Positions 1 through 8,311 of a DNA stretch of 27,902 nucleotides are shown piece by piece. The stretch is from Armatimonadota bacterium. GTDB lineage: Bacteria; Armatimonadota; Armatimonadia; Armatimonadales; Capsulimonadaceae. Positions within the stretch are counted from its first letter, which is position 1, and every line of letters starts with the position of its first letter. A program made the position numbers and the translations under genes. The notes beneath the pieces were generated by a model. That model saw only the letters and a list, made by a program, of their open reading frames with translations. It did not search any database and was not told the DNA's origin. Location of the stretch: positions 1 to 27,902 of the forward strand of contig JAYTRQ010000641.1 in assembly GCA_043746125.1 (NCBI GenBank). Reading direction: 5' to 3'.

Positions 1-816
1 TTCCCGTTCCTAATCGTCCAGCTCGCGGGCTGGCAGCCGGGCGGGGACTCGTGGGCGGATCTGCGCGAGGCGCAGATGATGACGGCCCAGAACGTGCCCA
101 ATGCAGGGATCGTGACGGCCATTGACATCGGCGATCAGTCTGACATCCACCCGAAGAACAAGCAGGAAGTGGGCCGTCGCCTGGCTCTAGTGGCCGAAGG
201 GAAGGTCTACGGCCGGAAGCTGGAGTATTACGGCCCGGTCTATAAAGCCATGACGGTGGAAGGCGGCGCGATCCGGCTGAAGTTCGACCATCTGGGTGGC
301 GGGCTTATGGCGAAGGACGACAAGCCACTGGCCGGCTTCACAATCGCCGGGGCGGATGGAAAGTTCGTGCCGGCCGATGCGAGGATTGACGGCGACACGG
401 TCGTTATATCCTCGGCGGGCGTGCCCGTGCCGACGGCAGCGCGCTACGACTGGGCGGCCTATCCTGAGACGACCTTGTACAACAAGGCCGGCCTGCCCGC
501 CTTCCCGTTCCGCACGGACGTCCCGGTCCCGATCGCCGATCTGGCCCTGCCGGCGAACGCTGGGGCTAACCTGGCTTTAGGCAAGTCCTATGTGTGCAGC
601 GACCCGAACACGCATGGCTTCGGGATCGGCGGCCTGACCGACGGCTCCTGGGATGCAAGTGGGACGAACTGCTTTGCGACGAACGAAACAGGTGCGTTCC
701 CGAAGACGGCGACGATTGACCTGGGGAAGCCCGCTGGCATCGGCCTGGTGGCGGTGGGCGTGCCGCCGTTCGGCTCGACCAAGACGATCCAGGTGTCGGT
801 CAGTGCGGATGGGTAG
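1..816 (+). CDS. Sialate O-acetylesterase (SASA/SGNH family), 5'-partial, with the start of a C-terminal F5/8 type C (discoidin-like) domain
   Basis: Frame 1 is open from base 1: FPFLIVQLAGW...LREAQ...IDIGDQSDIHPKNKQEVGRRLA, including the DxxH catalytic motif, followed by ANLALGK...LTDG...ATIDLG (discoidin-like). Ends at TAG 814-816. Confidence 0.85.
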   Translation, partial: FPFLIVQLAGWQPGGDSWADLREAQMMTAQNVPNAGIVTAIDIGDQSDIHPKNKQEVGRRLALVAEGKVYGRKLEYYGPVYKAMTVEGGAIRLKFDHLGGGLMAKDDKPLAGFTIAGADGKFVPADARIDGDTVVISSAGVPVPTAARYDWAAYPETTLYNKAGLPAFPFRTDVPVPIADLALPANAGANLALGKSYVCSDPNTHGFGIGGLTDGSWDASGTNCFATNETGAFPKTATIDLGKPAGIGLVAVGVPPFGSTKTIQVSVSADG

Positions 817-1002
817 CTGTTCCGCCCGGTCGGCTCCTACATGTTCCGCCAGCGGAACGAGGAGAGGCATTTGTTCGCCTTCCCGTCTACGCCCGCGCAG
901 TTCGTGCGTCTGACCTACCCGGACCACTACGATGAGGCGGAGGGGTACAACAACACCTTCGCCTTCACGACGGAGTGTCAGGTATACGCGCCGTCGAAGT
1001 AG
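817..1002 (+). pseudogene. Remainder of the F5/8 domain, in frame behind the TAG at 814-816
   Basis: The same frame continues for 61 codons: LFRPVGSYMFRQRNEERHLFAFPSTPAQFVRLTYPDHY...FTTECQVYAPSK, to TAG 1000-1002. AQFVRL and ECQVY match the typical last strands of F5/8 domains, and the terminator follows this second stop. Confidence 0.7.
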
Positions 1003-1022
1003 TCACCGCGTACTGTCAATTG

Positions 1023-1051
1023 GGGTCCCGCCTGTGGCGGGACCCTTATTT
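1023..1051 (+). terminator. Rho-independent terminator between convergent genes
   Basis: Perfect 10-bp stem GGGTCCCGCC-tgt-GGCGGGACCC followed by TTATTT. Confidence 0.7.
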
Positions 1052-1249
1052 CATGGTCGGAGCCTCGGATAACAGACGTTCCTGAACGGCCTCTTTGCGC
1101 TGAACGGGCGTCTCCCTTGGCGCGAGGACGCCAACGATCACCTGTTCCCCCACCACTTCCAATATCTCTATCTCGATAACGTTCATCCCTTCACCGATTT
1201 GGATGACGGAACTGCTGCCCTCATGCGGGCGGCGGTTGAACAGATGCAT
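1046..1249 (-). CDS. csrA: Divergent CsrA/RsmA-like carbon storage regulator (67 aa)
   Basis: MHLFNRRPHE...IQIGE...IEIEILEVVGEQVIVGVLAPRETPVQRKE aligns by eye with the CsrA pattern MLILTRRVGE..IGD.V.V.VL.V.G.QV.IG..AP....HREE. R6, R7 and the R44 equivalent are retained. CAGGGG RBS lies upstream. Confidence 0.7.
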   Translation of the reverse strand: MHLFNRRPHEGSSSVIQIGEGMNVIEIEILEVVGEQVIVGVLAPRETPVQRKEAVQERLLSEAPTMK

Positions 1250-1313
1250 GGCAGGACCCCTGATCTAAGGAACACCGGACTTCCGGGAAACGAAGCTGAT
1301 CTACAGTCTTTCT

Positions 1314-1330
1314 TGCATAAATCGTGCCAA
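1314..1330 (-). promoter_or_regulatory. Sigma54 (RpoN) -24/-12 promoter upstream of the csrA-like gene
   Basis: The minus strand reads TTGGCACGATTTATGCA, an exact GG-N10-GC with TGGCACG, about 65 nt upstream of the ATG. Confidence 0.65.
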
Positions 1331-1498
1331 GTACAACGGCGGGGGATCGGCGGTTAGGCAGCAGCACGGTGGAGGGTGGGTGGAGAGGTGCGGGTGGGGG
1401 CGTTAGGCGGAGGCCCTTGACTTTCAGAGAGGCCACCTGTAAAACGGACTGAACGGCGGATGACACTGGCTCGGCCGCCATGGACCGCAGAAAGAACC

Positions 1499-1585
1499 GT
1501 GAACCGAACCCACCCCTTGCACCTTCTTCCCGTCCCTCTACTGTTTGCCCTCTCCCTGTTCACCCTGGGATAGACCGCCCGTGCC
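1499..1585 (+). pseudogene. Possible remnant of a secreted-protein signal peptide
   Basis: GTG start, then NRTHPLHLLPVPLLFALSLFTLG-TAG-TARA (hydrophobic core plus AxA site), followed by a G9 run. No recognisable mature domain. Confidence 0.3.
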
Positions 1586-1752
1586 GGGGGGGGGAGGGGC
1601 GGCTGGGAGATTCTGAGGCCCGGCACGGGCTGGGTCCGGGAGCGGATCCGGCGAGGCTGACGCTGGCGGCAGATCATGGAAGGCAGCCTAACAGGTTTGT
1701 GGAGGCCGCCCTCTAGCGCCTAGCTCCGGGCGGGTTGGAAAGAAACCAAATT

Positions 1753-2690
1753 ATGCCAATCCAATGGACCAGGAAGCTCATCGCCGCGGAAAACTTCGAG
1801 TCGGCCGGCGTGTTCGACGTGGATGGCGACGGCGTCCCGGACATTGTCTCGGGCGGGTTTTGGTATCAGGGGCCGGACTTCAAGGTCAAGCACGCCCTGG
1901 GCGACGTCCCGCGTATCGGCGACTATTACGACGATTTCAGCACAATTGCGCTGGACGTCAACGGGGATGGGCGTCTGGACATCGTTACCGGTGGGTGGTG
2001 GGGCGAGACCCTGCGCCGGCGCGAGAACCCCTGCCCACCCCTCGAGAATTGGCTGACACACGTGATCGCGCAAACAGGCAGCATTGAGACGACGTGGGCC
2101 TGGGACGTGGATGGGGACGGGTAACCCGAGATCGTGCCGAATACGCCGAATGGGCCGCTGGTCGCTTACAAGCTGAAGACGGACGGCGCGGGCAAGGGAA
2201 CGGGGGAGTTCACGGCCCATACGCTCTGGGCGCAGCCGCAGGGTCATGGCCTGGGGTGAGGGCCGTCAGCGGCAGCGGACGGGGCGACTTCGTGCTGAAC
2301 AAGGGCTGGCTGGAATGCCTGGCCGATCCGCTGGGCGGCGAGTGGATTTGGCACCCGGAGTTTGACTTAGGATGGGATGCCAGCATTCCGGTTCTGGTCG
2401 TAGACGTCAACGGCGACGGCCTGGCGGATTTGATCGTCGTCGGCTCACACTCCTACGGCCTGTCCTGGTGGGAGCAGGGGCGGGACTCCGGCGGCGTGCG
2501 AACGTGGACGCTGCACCCGAGCGACTCGTTCAACTCAGAGTACCATGATCTGCACTGGAGGGACATTGACGGCGATGGGGAACCCGAACTGGTCACAGGA
2601 AAGCGCTATCAGGCACACCCGAACGACGGCGATCCGGGGGGCGGCGAGAACTTCAGCAAGCAGGTGATCACCTATGGGCCTCTGGGCGCA
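1753..2690 (+). pseudogene. FG-GAP/VCBS-repeat beta-propeller protein, inactivated
   Basis: Repeated DVDGDG/DVNGDG/DIDGDG motifs. In-frame TAA at 2122-2124 (WDVDGDG*PEIVPN), TGA plus frameshift near 2257 (GHGLG*G then AVSGSGRGDFVLNKGWLE), and loss of similarity after KQVITYGPLG. Confidence 0.8.
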
Positions 2691-2939
2691 CGACACTCTG
2701 GGTCTGCCCAGTGTGGACAATTCGGTTTTCCCAAGCGCCCTTCTCGCTGAGGCTCGTCAGCCAAGCACTGGCGCCCATCAGCGAGACGGGATAGAATTGA
2801 TTCGCCCACTTCGATGTAGGCCTTTGCCTCTTCACATTCCTGGGGATGCAACTTCCACTTGTTGCCCCAGTGAGACCGACGCCGACCTGTTCGCCTTTGG
2901 CGGCGGAAAGACTTGCGGCCTTTTTGACTTCTTACAAGT

Positions 2940-2973
2940 GGTTAGAGAGTGGCACAGTGGGTACTCTCTAACC
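2940..2973. repeat. 11-bp inverted repeat, possible terminator for the oxidoreductase
   Basis: GGTTAGAGAGT-N12-ACTCTCTAACC, 32 nt past the stop codon. No clear U-tract. Confidence 0.45.
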
Positions 2974-3005
2974 GACGAGCGAGGCCCGGTGTGCCCAATA
3001 TCCGG

Positions 3006-4244
3006 CTAATCTAAGGCCAGCAGCAGGTTCAGATCGAAGTCGGACCTCCGTATGTCGGCTTCCAGGCCGTCCACGGGCGGCTTGACGCGAGGCAGTTTTT
3101 CCAGGACGTCGTACAGGTCGGCGGGCGGGTTGACGGAGATCACCATGACGACCTGGTTCTTGTCGTCCAAGTAAAGCTCGTCGAAACGGTTGGAAACCGG
3201 GTCGCCGTGAAACAGGCCGCCCTTGCCGCCCTGCGGGTCCCCAAACAGCTCAAAGTGAATGTCCAGTTCATCGGAAAAAAAGTTTGGGACATGGTCGTAG
3301 GCGACGTGCTGCCCGGCCATGTTCGCGCCTGCGATCTGGCCGTGCCAAAGGGCATTGTTCCAGTGTTCCACGCGCCACTGCTTTCCCATGACGGGGTCCT
3401 GGAACCCGGCCACGTCTCCGGCAGCGTAGACGTCAGGGGCGTCGGCTTCCAGATACTCGTTGACCAGGACGCCGTTCTTCTTCACGTCCACGGCCAGGCC
3501 CGCCGCCTGGGCGAACTCCAGATTAGGCTTGACGCCGACGGCCACGAGAACGACGTCGCCGTCAACGATCAGTCCCGACTTGGTCTTGACGCCAGTGGGC
3601 GTAATTTCAGTGACTTCATCGCCTAAAATCACTTCGGCCCCGGCCGCTTCCAGCTTCCCGCGCAGGAACGCGCCATATTCCGGCGAGGCGAACTTGCTCC
3701 ACAGGTGCCCGGTCGGTTCAATGATGGTCGCCTGCCCGCCTTTGGTCACGAAGTCGGCAGCAACCTCGACGCCGATGTAGCCGCCGCCGACCAGCACGAT
3801 CTTCTGGCCCAAGTGCGCCCGGAGGGCGTCGCTGTCCTCCCACGTCCGCAGGGTCCGCACGTTTGGCCCGTTCACGCCGGGGACGTCCAGCACCTTGGGA
3901 GACGAACCGGTGGCGACCAGCAGCTTTTCGTAAGCGACGGTGTCGCCGTTGTCCAGAGTGACGGTCTTCGCCTGCGTGTCCGCGCCGGTCGCTTTCGTGC
4001 CCGAAAGTAGAGTCACTTTATTGTCGTCATACCAGGCCGGCGACTGGATCGGCAGCACGTCTTCAGCTTTCGCTTCGCCGCGCAGGTACTCTTTGGAGAG
4101 TGGTGGGCGGTGGTAGGGCGGGTGAGACTCAGAGCCGATCAGCAGGATCGCGCCGTTTGGGTCGTACTGGCGGATGGTCTCGGCGGCCGTGGCGGAGGCG
4201 AGGCCGCCACCGACCAGAACGTATCGCGCGGAGTGGTGGGACAT
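3006..4244 (-). CDS. FAD/NAD(P)-dependent oxidoreductase, ferredoxin-reductase-like (Pyr_redox_2)
   Basis: GGGLAS FAD motif, PPYHRPPLSKEYL, ATGS, GGGYIGVE NAD motif, VYAAGDVA, RVEHW..A, PNFFSD. AAGGA RBS. Confidence 0.9.
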   Translation of the reverse strand: MSHHSARYVLVGGGLASATAAETIRQYDPNGAILLIGSESHPPYHRPPLSKEYLRGEAKAEDVLPIQSPAWYDDNKVTLLSGTKATGADTQAKTVTLDNGDTVAYEKLLVATGSSPKVLDVPGVNGPNVRTLRTWEDSDALRAHLGQKIVLVGGGYIGVEVAADFVTKGGQATIIEPTGHLWSKFASPEYGAFLRGKLEAAGAEVILGDEVTEITPTGVKTKSGLIVDGDVVLVAVGVKPNLEFAQAAGLAVDVKKNGVLVNEYLEADAPDVYAAGDVAGFQDPVMGKQWRVEHWNNALWHGQIAGANMAGQHVAYDHVPNFFSDELDIHFELFGDPQGGKGGLFHGDPVSNRFDELYLDDKNQVVMVISVNPPADLYDVLEKLPRVKPPVDGLEADIRRSDFDLNLLLALD

Positions 4245-4463
4245 AAGAGGTGTCCTTTCTCAAAGACAGGGAGTTAGCACTCAATTCTTACCCCACACCG
4301 GGGTGGGTCAACCCTTTCGCCGCGTGCCCTCGGCCACCGCCGCGCCTTCCAACTCGTCCCACAAAGTCACTTTCCCTTTTTGGCTTCATCGCCTCCGGTG
4401 GTGTGTCTATCCGCTTCTTAACGTTCTCTTAACATTCAGCCGTCGCCTGCGAAGGACTCATAA

Positions 4464-7400
4464 TCACGGTCCTAACGTCAGGCGGCCCCAATTTCTGGGT
4501 TCCATCATCAGCTCAAACACGGCGTCATCCACGATGCCCGTGTGCTGGTCGCTCCAATACGAGCGCAGGCGCGTCCGCTGGCCCGCCGGGTCGCCGAACG
4601 TCACGCCGAAGTCGCCCGCCAGGGACAGGCCCGGTCGGGGCGTGAGGCCGAGGCTAGACAGGGGGATGGCGGCTTCCACGGTGTAGCCGTCGCCGCGTTT
4701 GACGACCGCGACTCTTGCCTGGGGGACGACCGCGACGTAGTCCATCGGGTAGTTCGTGACCACGCCCGAGTGGAACGCGAACGGCTTTTTAAGCGCGGAC
4801 ACTTTGCGGTAGAGCACGGCCGTGTCTTTGCCGCCGAACGGCCCGACCGAGAGGCGGAGGTCGTCCGGCCCGGCCTCGCCTCGCGACGTGTCCGCAGTGG
4901 CGTCGGTCCCCATCTGGAAGTCCACGGTGTCACCGCCGAGGTACAAGTTCTGCGGCGTGGTTGCGCCGTTGACCCAGGGCGTGTTATCGCGGACGTCCCA
5001 GGCCAAATACAGGGTTTGCGCGTCATAAGCGGCAGCGGACGTTGCCGACGAGTCGTCGCTCTTTTGGTAGTGGACCGTGTTGGCTCCGGCGAAGTCGTGG
5101 GCGAGGTCGCCGGTGAACGTGGGTGTCAAACGCGCGACGGTGAGCAGATGCGGGCCGCTGACGACCTGCTGCTCCTGGGCCTGAAAGCCGGCCGCCTGGG
5201 CGATGTCGTCCCGGCTGAGGGTGAGCCGCCCGCCGGGGATGGCTTTCGTCGTTTCCAGGCCGGTCACTTCCAGGTTCCAGTAGCCGGTCTTGCCGGCCTG
5301 GACGTACAGCTTGCCGTCCGCGCCCTGTGCGATGGAGCCGCCGAAGTCCTCGCCGCCCAGGCCGGGCGGGGCATTGCTCACGTCCGCGCCGGGGGTAGTG
5401 TCGGCAGGGAACTGGTATTTTAATGGGTCCGGCTGGAACAGGCGGGTCAAATAGAACCCGTCATTGGTCAGCACATGCCACTCGCTGACGTTGGTGGGGA
5501 TGACCCAGATTCCGCCGATGGGGGCGGGTAGAGTCGCCGCCCCGACGATGTCGTACGCGCCCCGGATCAGGCCCGGCTCGGGCGGCGTGGCGTTGTGGGA
5601 CCCGTGCACGCCGACGTAGTCGTTCGGGTAGGCCCACAAGCGTAGGCCGGAGGCGATGTCGTAGCAGTCGAACGTGCTTCGGGCGGCCTGATACGCGCCG
5701 TTGTAGAGGATCAACTTGCCGTCGGCCGACCCGACGCCCGTGCCCGCTCCCATGCCGCCCTGCTCGCCCGCATTGGGCATCTTGATGGGGTGGGCAAGAT
5801 CGTAGAGCGGTGCGCCGGCCGGGGTGAAGCCGGCGACTCTGTACTGGCCGTAGCCGCTGTACAGGGTCAGATCCGGTGTCACGGACAGGTACCAGCCGCC
5901 AACTTTCAGGACGCCGGGTACGGTCGTGACTTCATTGGGCTGTTCCAGACCGTCGCCGTTGGCGTCGGCCCAGTAGCGCGTCGTATTGCCTTTGGTATCG
6001 TACGCAAAGCGGCTCCGCAGGGCGTACCGGGCGTCGCCCAGCCGCTCGAATATCTGCATGGGGCCATTCGTGAAGCCGGAGCCGTTCGCGACGACTAAAT
6101 ACCGCCGCCCGTTCGCGCCGGTCCCGAACAGGGAATTGTTCATGCCGTCCCGCGTGATAACAGCCAGGCAGCGGGCGCGGCCCGTGGTGGGGTCCAGCCG
6201 CCACTCGCAGCCCGATCCGACCATGACGTCCGGGTCGCGTGGGTTGATCGCCCCACCGGGTGCGCCGTAGTGGGTGGAGCCGAAGAACTCCTTGACGAAC
6301 CGGCCCGATTGGGTATCCCAGACCGAGACGCGCTTGGGGAAGTCGTCGGTTTCGGCCACCCACAGCTTGCTGTCCCGGTCCACGGCCAGGCCGCTGATGA
6401 AGCGCAGGCCGTCCGGCTGCCACGGGCCGAGCAGTGTGCGACCGCCGGGCCGGCCGATGGTGCGGAGGAACTTGCCCCCCGCGTCGTAGACCCGGACCTG
6501 GTTATCGGGATCGCCGACGCCGACGTAGACCCGGCCCTGCGCGTCTACGGTCAGGCCGGCGGCATGGGCGAGGCCCGAGACCAGTGTCTTCGACGTCCCC
6601 GAATTGGGGTCCAAAGACAGCACGGACGCCCCGCCGGAAATGACCAGAAGGCGGCCATCGGCCGTCGCTTTCATCCGCCCCGGCGCGGGGGCGGACAGCG
6701 TTTTAACGAACGCGCCGGTCTTCGCGTCTAGAACGAGAAGGCCGTTCTGCTTTAGCAGCGATAGGAATACGTGGCCGTCCTTCACTTCCAGGCCGTTGAT
6801 TTGATCCGGCTTGTCCGCCGCAATAGGCCACAGGTCGAGCGGGTTGACGTCGGCGGGCGCGTCGGGCGCGTTTGTCGCGCCCCAGGGGAGGTAGGCGCCG
6901 TCTTTGGCGTTCAGGTGGTACAGGTCTTTGGGGCCGTTCAGGACGTACGCGATGCCCCCGCTCACGGCGATCTGGTCCGCCCCGGAGATGCCCCCGCGCG
7001 TGTTCTTCCAGACGACGTCCCCGCCGAGGTCCGTCGCCAGCAGGGCCGCCCCGGCCTCCGCAAGCGTCCAGCCCAGGAAGACCCGGTCGCCCTCAGAGGC
7101 GCAGGCGGCGGGTTGGCCGTGGTCGCCGCCCCAGTTCGTGTCCGGCCCGTTGTCCCAGGGGGCCTTGCCGCCGTTGTCGGCGAAGCCGCGCCAGTGCAGG
7201 CCGATCGGGCCGTGGGTCAGGGCGCTCCAGGTGTACGCCCCGGCGGGGACCGGCTGCCCCGGCTCATGCGCGTTCGGCGTAGTCAGCCCGTCCCACAGGA
7301 CGGTATGCCTGCCCCTGGCGTAGAACGCGCTGCGCAGGAGGTGGCAGACGACCTGCCCCTGGGCGTTCTTGACGTTCAGCGAGACGTAGCCGTCTTGAGC

Positions 7401-8303
7401 CAGGGCGAACGTAACCGGCTTGAATCCGGGCAGGGTTGGGGCCAGCCTCGGCGCGGTCAGACTTGACCAATCGGCGATTGGCACGCCGCTTTGGAGCCGC
7501 ACGGGGAACTCGCGCCCGCCGGCGACGCGAACGGGGCGCGGGACCAGCCTGCCTTTGGGCGCCAGGGTGGCGACGCCCCATTCGTTTTTCGACATGAACG
7601 TGAAGACGCGGTCAATGGTCGGGAGCGGTTTGAAGACGTCCTTGACGGAGAGCCGCCCCTTCCCCGGCGTGGTGAAGTTCGGCTCGAAAGTGATCTGGAA
7701 CTGGTCGCCCGTTCTGAGCGGCAGCCCGTTTTTGGTCAGCAGGCTCCAGGGGATGGCGACCTCCTGGACGTACCCGCTGCCGTCCGTATTGACCGTAAAC
7801 GCCTGCTGTCCGCCCTGCGTTTTGGCGTCTTTGAGTTCCGGCTTCGCGCCCTCATAGTCCATGTTCACGACGTCGCTGCCGCTGCTGCCGCGCCACGCCG
7901 TCACGTTGCAGGTGAGCTGGTCGCCCGTGCCGGGGTGGGTGACCGTGCGGATCTGAAGGCTGTCCCCGGCGAAGCCGTAGTTTGCGATGGTCTGGCCGGG
8001 GTTGTTGAGCGGCGTCTTGTCGTTGAACCGGGCCAGCACATACAGGTTCTTACTGTCATAGTTGGCGCAGAGCCAGACCGCGTAATCGTCGCGCTGGGCT
8101 TCGACATTGTCGGAGGCGAAGACGCTGCCGGAGAGGTCCCAGTCAGTGTACTTTCCGTCCACGACGATGGGGCCGGGGGCGGGCGGGACTTGCAGCCCGA
8201 TGTTTTCAGACGGAGTAGCCTGGACACGGTTCACCGGGCCGAGCGCCATAACAACCAGGGCGGCAAGCCCGAGGCGGGTAATGTTGTTCACGTTTTGGTT
8301 CAT
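4464..8303 (-). CDS. Large secreted protein (1279 aa): signal peptide, CBM9/DOMON-like, FlgD-Ig, NHL-like beta-propeller, CBM9/DOMON-like
   Basis: Start placed at ATG 8303 (MNQNVNNITRLGLAALVVMALGPVNRVQA), 8 nt after the upstream stop, rather than TTG 8336. Motifs: IVVDGKYTDWD...YDSKNLYV; DGYVSLNVKNAQGQVV...VLWDG; GLTVDAQGRVYV; AYDAQTLYLAWDVRD...EAAIPLSSLG. Confidence 0.8.
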   Translation of the reverse strand: MNQNVNNITRLGLAALVVMALGPVNRVQATPSENIGLQVPPAPGPIVVDGKYTDWDLSGSVFASDNVEAQRDDYAVWLCANYDSKNLYVLARFNDKTPLNNPGQTIANYGFAGDSLQIRTVTHPGTGDQLTCNVTAWRGSSGSDVVNMDYEGAKPELKDAKTQGGQQAFTVNTDGSGYVQEVAIPWSLLTKNGLPLRTGDQFQITFEPNFTTPGKGRLSVKDVFKPLPTIDRVFTFMSKNEWGVATLAPKGRLVPRPVRVAGGREFPVRLQSGVPIADWSSLTAPRLAPTLPGFKPVTFALAQDGYVSLNVKNAQGQVVCHLLRSAFYARGRHTVLWDGLTTPNAHEPGQPVPAGAYTWSALTHGPIGLHWRGFADNGGKAPWDNGPDTNWGGDHGQPAACASEGDRVFLGWTLAEAGAALLATDLGGDVVWKNTRGGISGADQIAVSGGIAYVLNGPKDLYHLNAKDGAYLPWGATNAPDAPADVNPLDLWPIAADKPDQINGLEVKDGHVFLSLLKQNGLLVLDAKTGAFVKTLSAPAPGRMKATADGRLLVISGGASVLSLDPNSGTSKTLVSGLAHAAGLTVDAQGRVYVGVGDPDNQVRVYDAGGKFLRTIGRPGGRTLLGPWQPDGLRFISGLAVDRDSKLWVAETDDFPKRVSVWDTQSGRFVKEFFGSTHYGAPGGAINPRDPDVMVGSGCEWRLDPTTGRARCLAVITRDGMNNSLFGTGANGRRYLVVANGSGFTNGPMQIFERLGDARYALRSRFAYDTKGNTTRYWADANGDGLEQPNEVTTVPGVLKVGGWYLSVTPDLTLYSGYGQYRVAGFTPAGAPLYDLAHPIKMPNAGEQGGMGAGTGVGSADGKLILYNGAYQAARSTFDCYDIASGLRLWAYPNDYVGVHGSHNATPPEPGLIRGAYDIVGAATLPAPIGGIWVIPTNVSEWHVLTNDGFYLTRLFQPDPLKYQFPADTTPGADVSNAPPGLGGEDFGGSIAQGADGKLYVQAGKTGYWNLEVTGLETTKAIPGGRLTLSRDDIAQAAGFQAQEQQVVSGPHLLTVARLTPTFTGDLAHDFAGANTVHYQKSDDSSATSAAAYDAQTLYLAWDVRDNTPWVNGATTPQNLYLGGDTVDFQMGTDATADTSRGEAGPDDLRLSVGPFGGKDTAVLYRKVSALKKPFAFHSGVVTNYPMDYVAVVPQARVAVVKRGDGYTVEAAIPLSSLGLTPRPGLSLAGDFGVTFGDPAGQRTRLRSYWSDQHTGIVDDAVFELMMEPRNWGRLTLGP

Positions 8304-8311
8304 TGATTTAT

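Noticed and set aside
1367-1412. G-quadruplex-like G-rich tract
   Set aside because: The G-runs are irregular, and such tracts are expected by chance at this GC content.
1434-1441. CACCTGTA as another operator site for the GntR-LacI regulator
   Set aside because: It is a lone partial site far from the locus, and its length is within chance expectation.
2690-2940. Possible gene fragment on the minus strand (for example NKWKLHPQECEEAKAYIEVGE), or the 111-aa plus-strand ORF 2674-3009
   Set aside because: No start or RBS and no family I can recognise. It needs BLASTX before any call.
4274-4282. CIRCE element (TTAGCACTC)
   Set aside because: Only one half-site is present. GAGTGCTAA is absent at the 9-nt spacing.
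4287-4388. 33-aa minus-strand ORF MKPKRESD... with GGAGG upstream
   Set aside because: The RBS is only 2 nt from the ATG, the peptide is low-complexity, and nothing else supports it.
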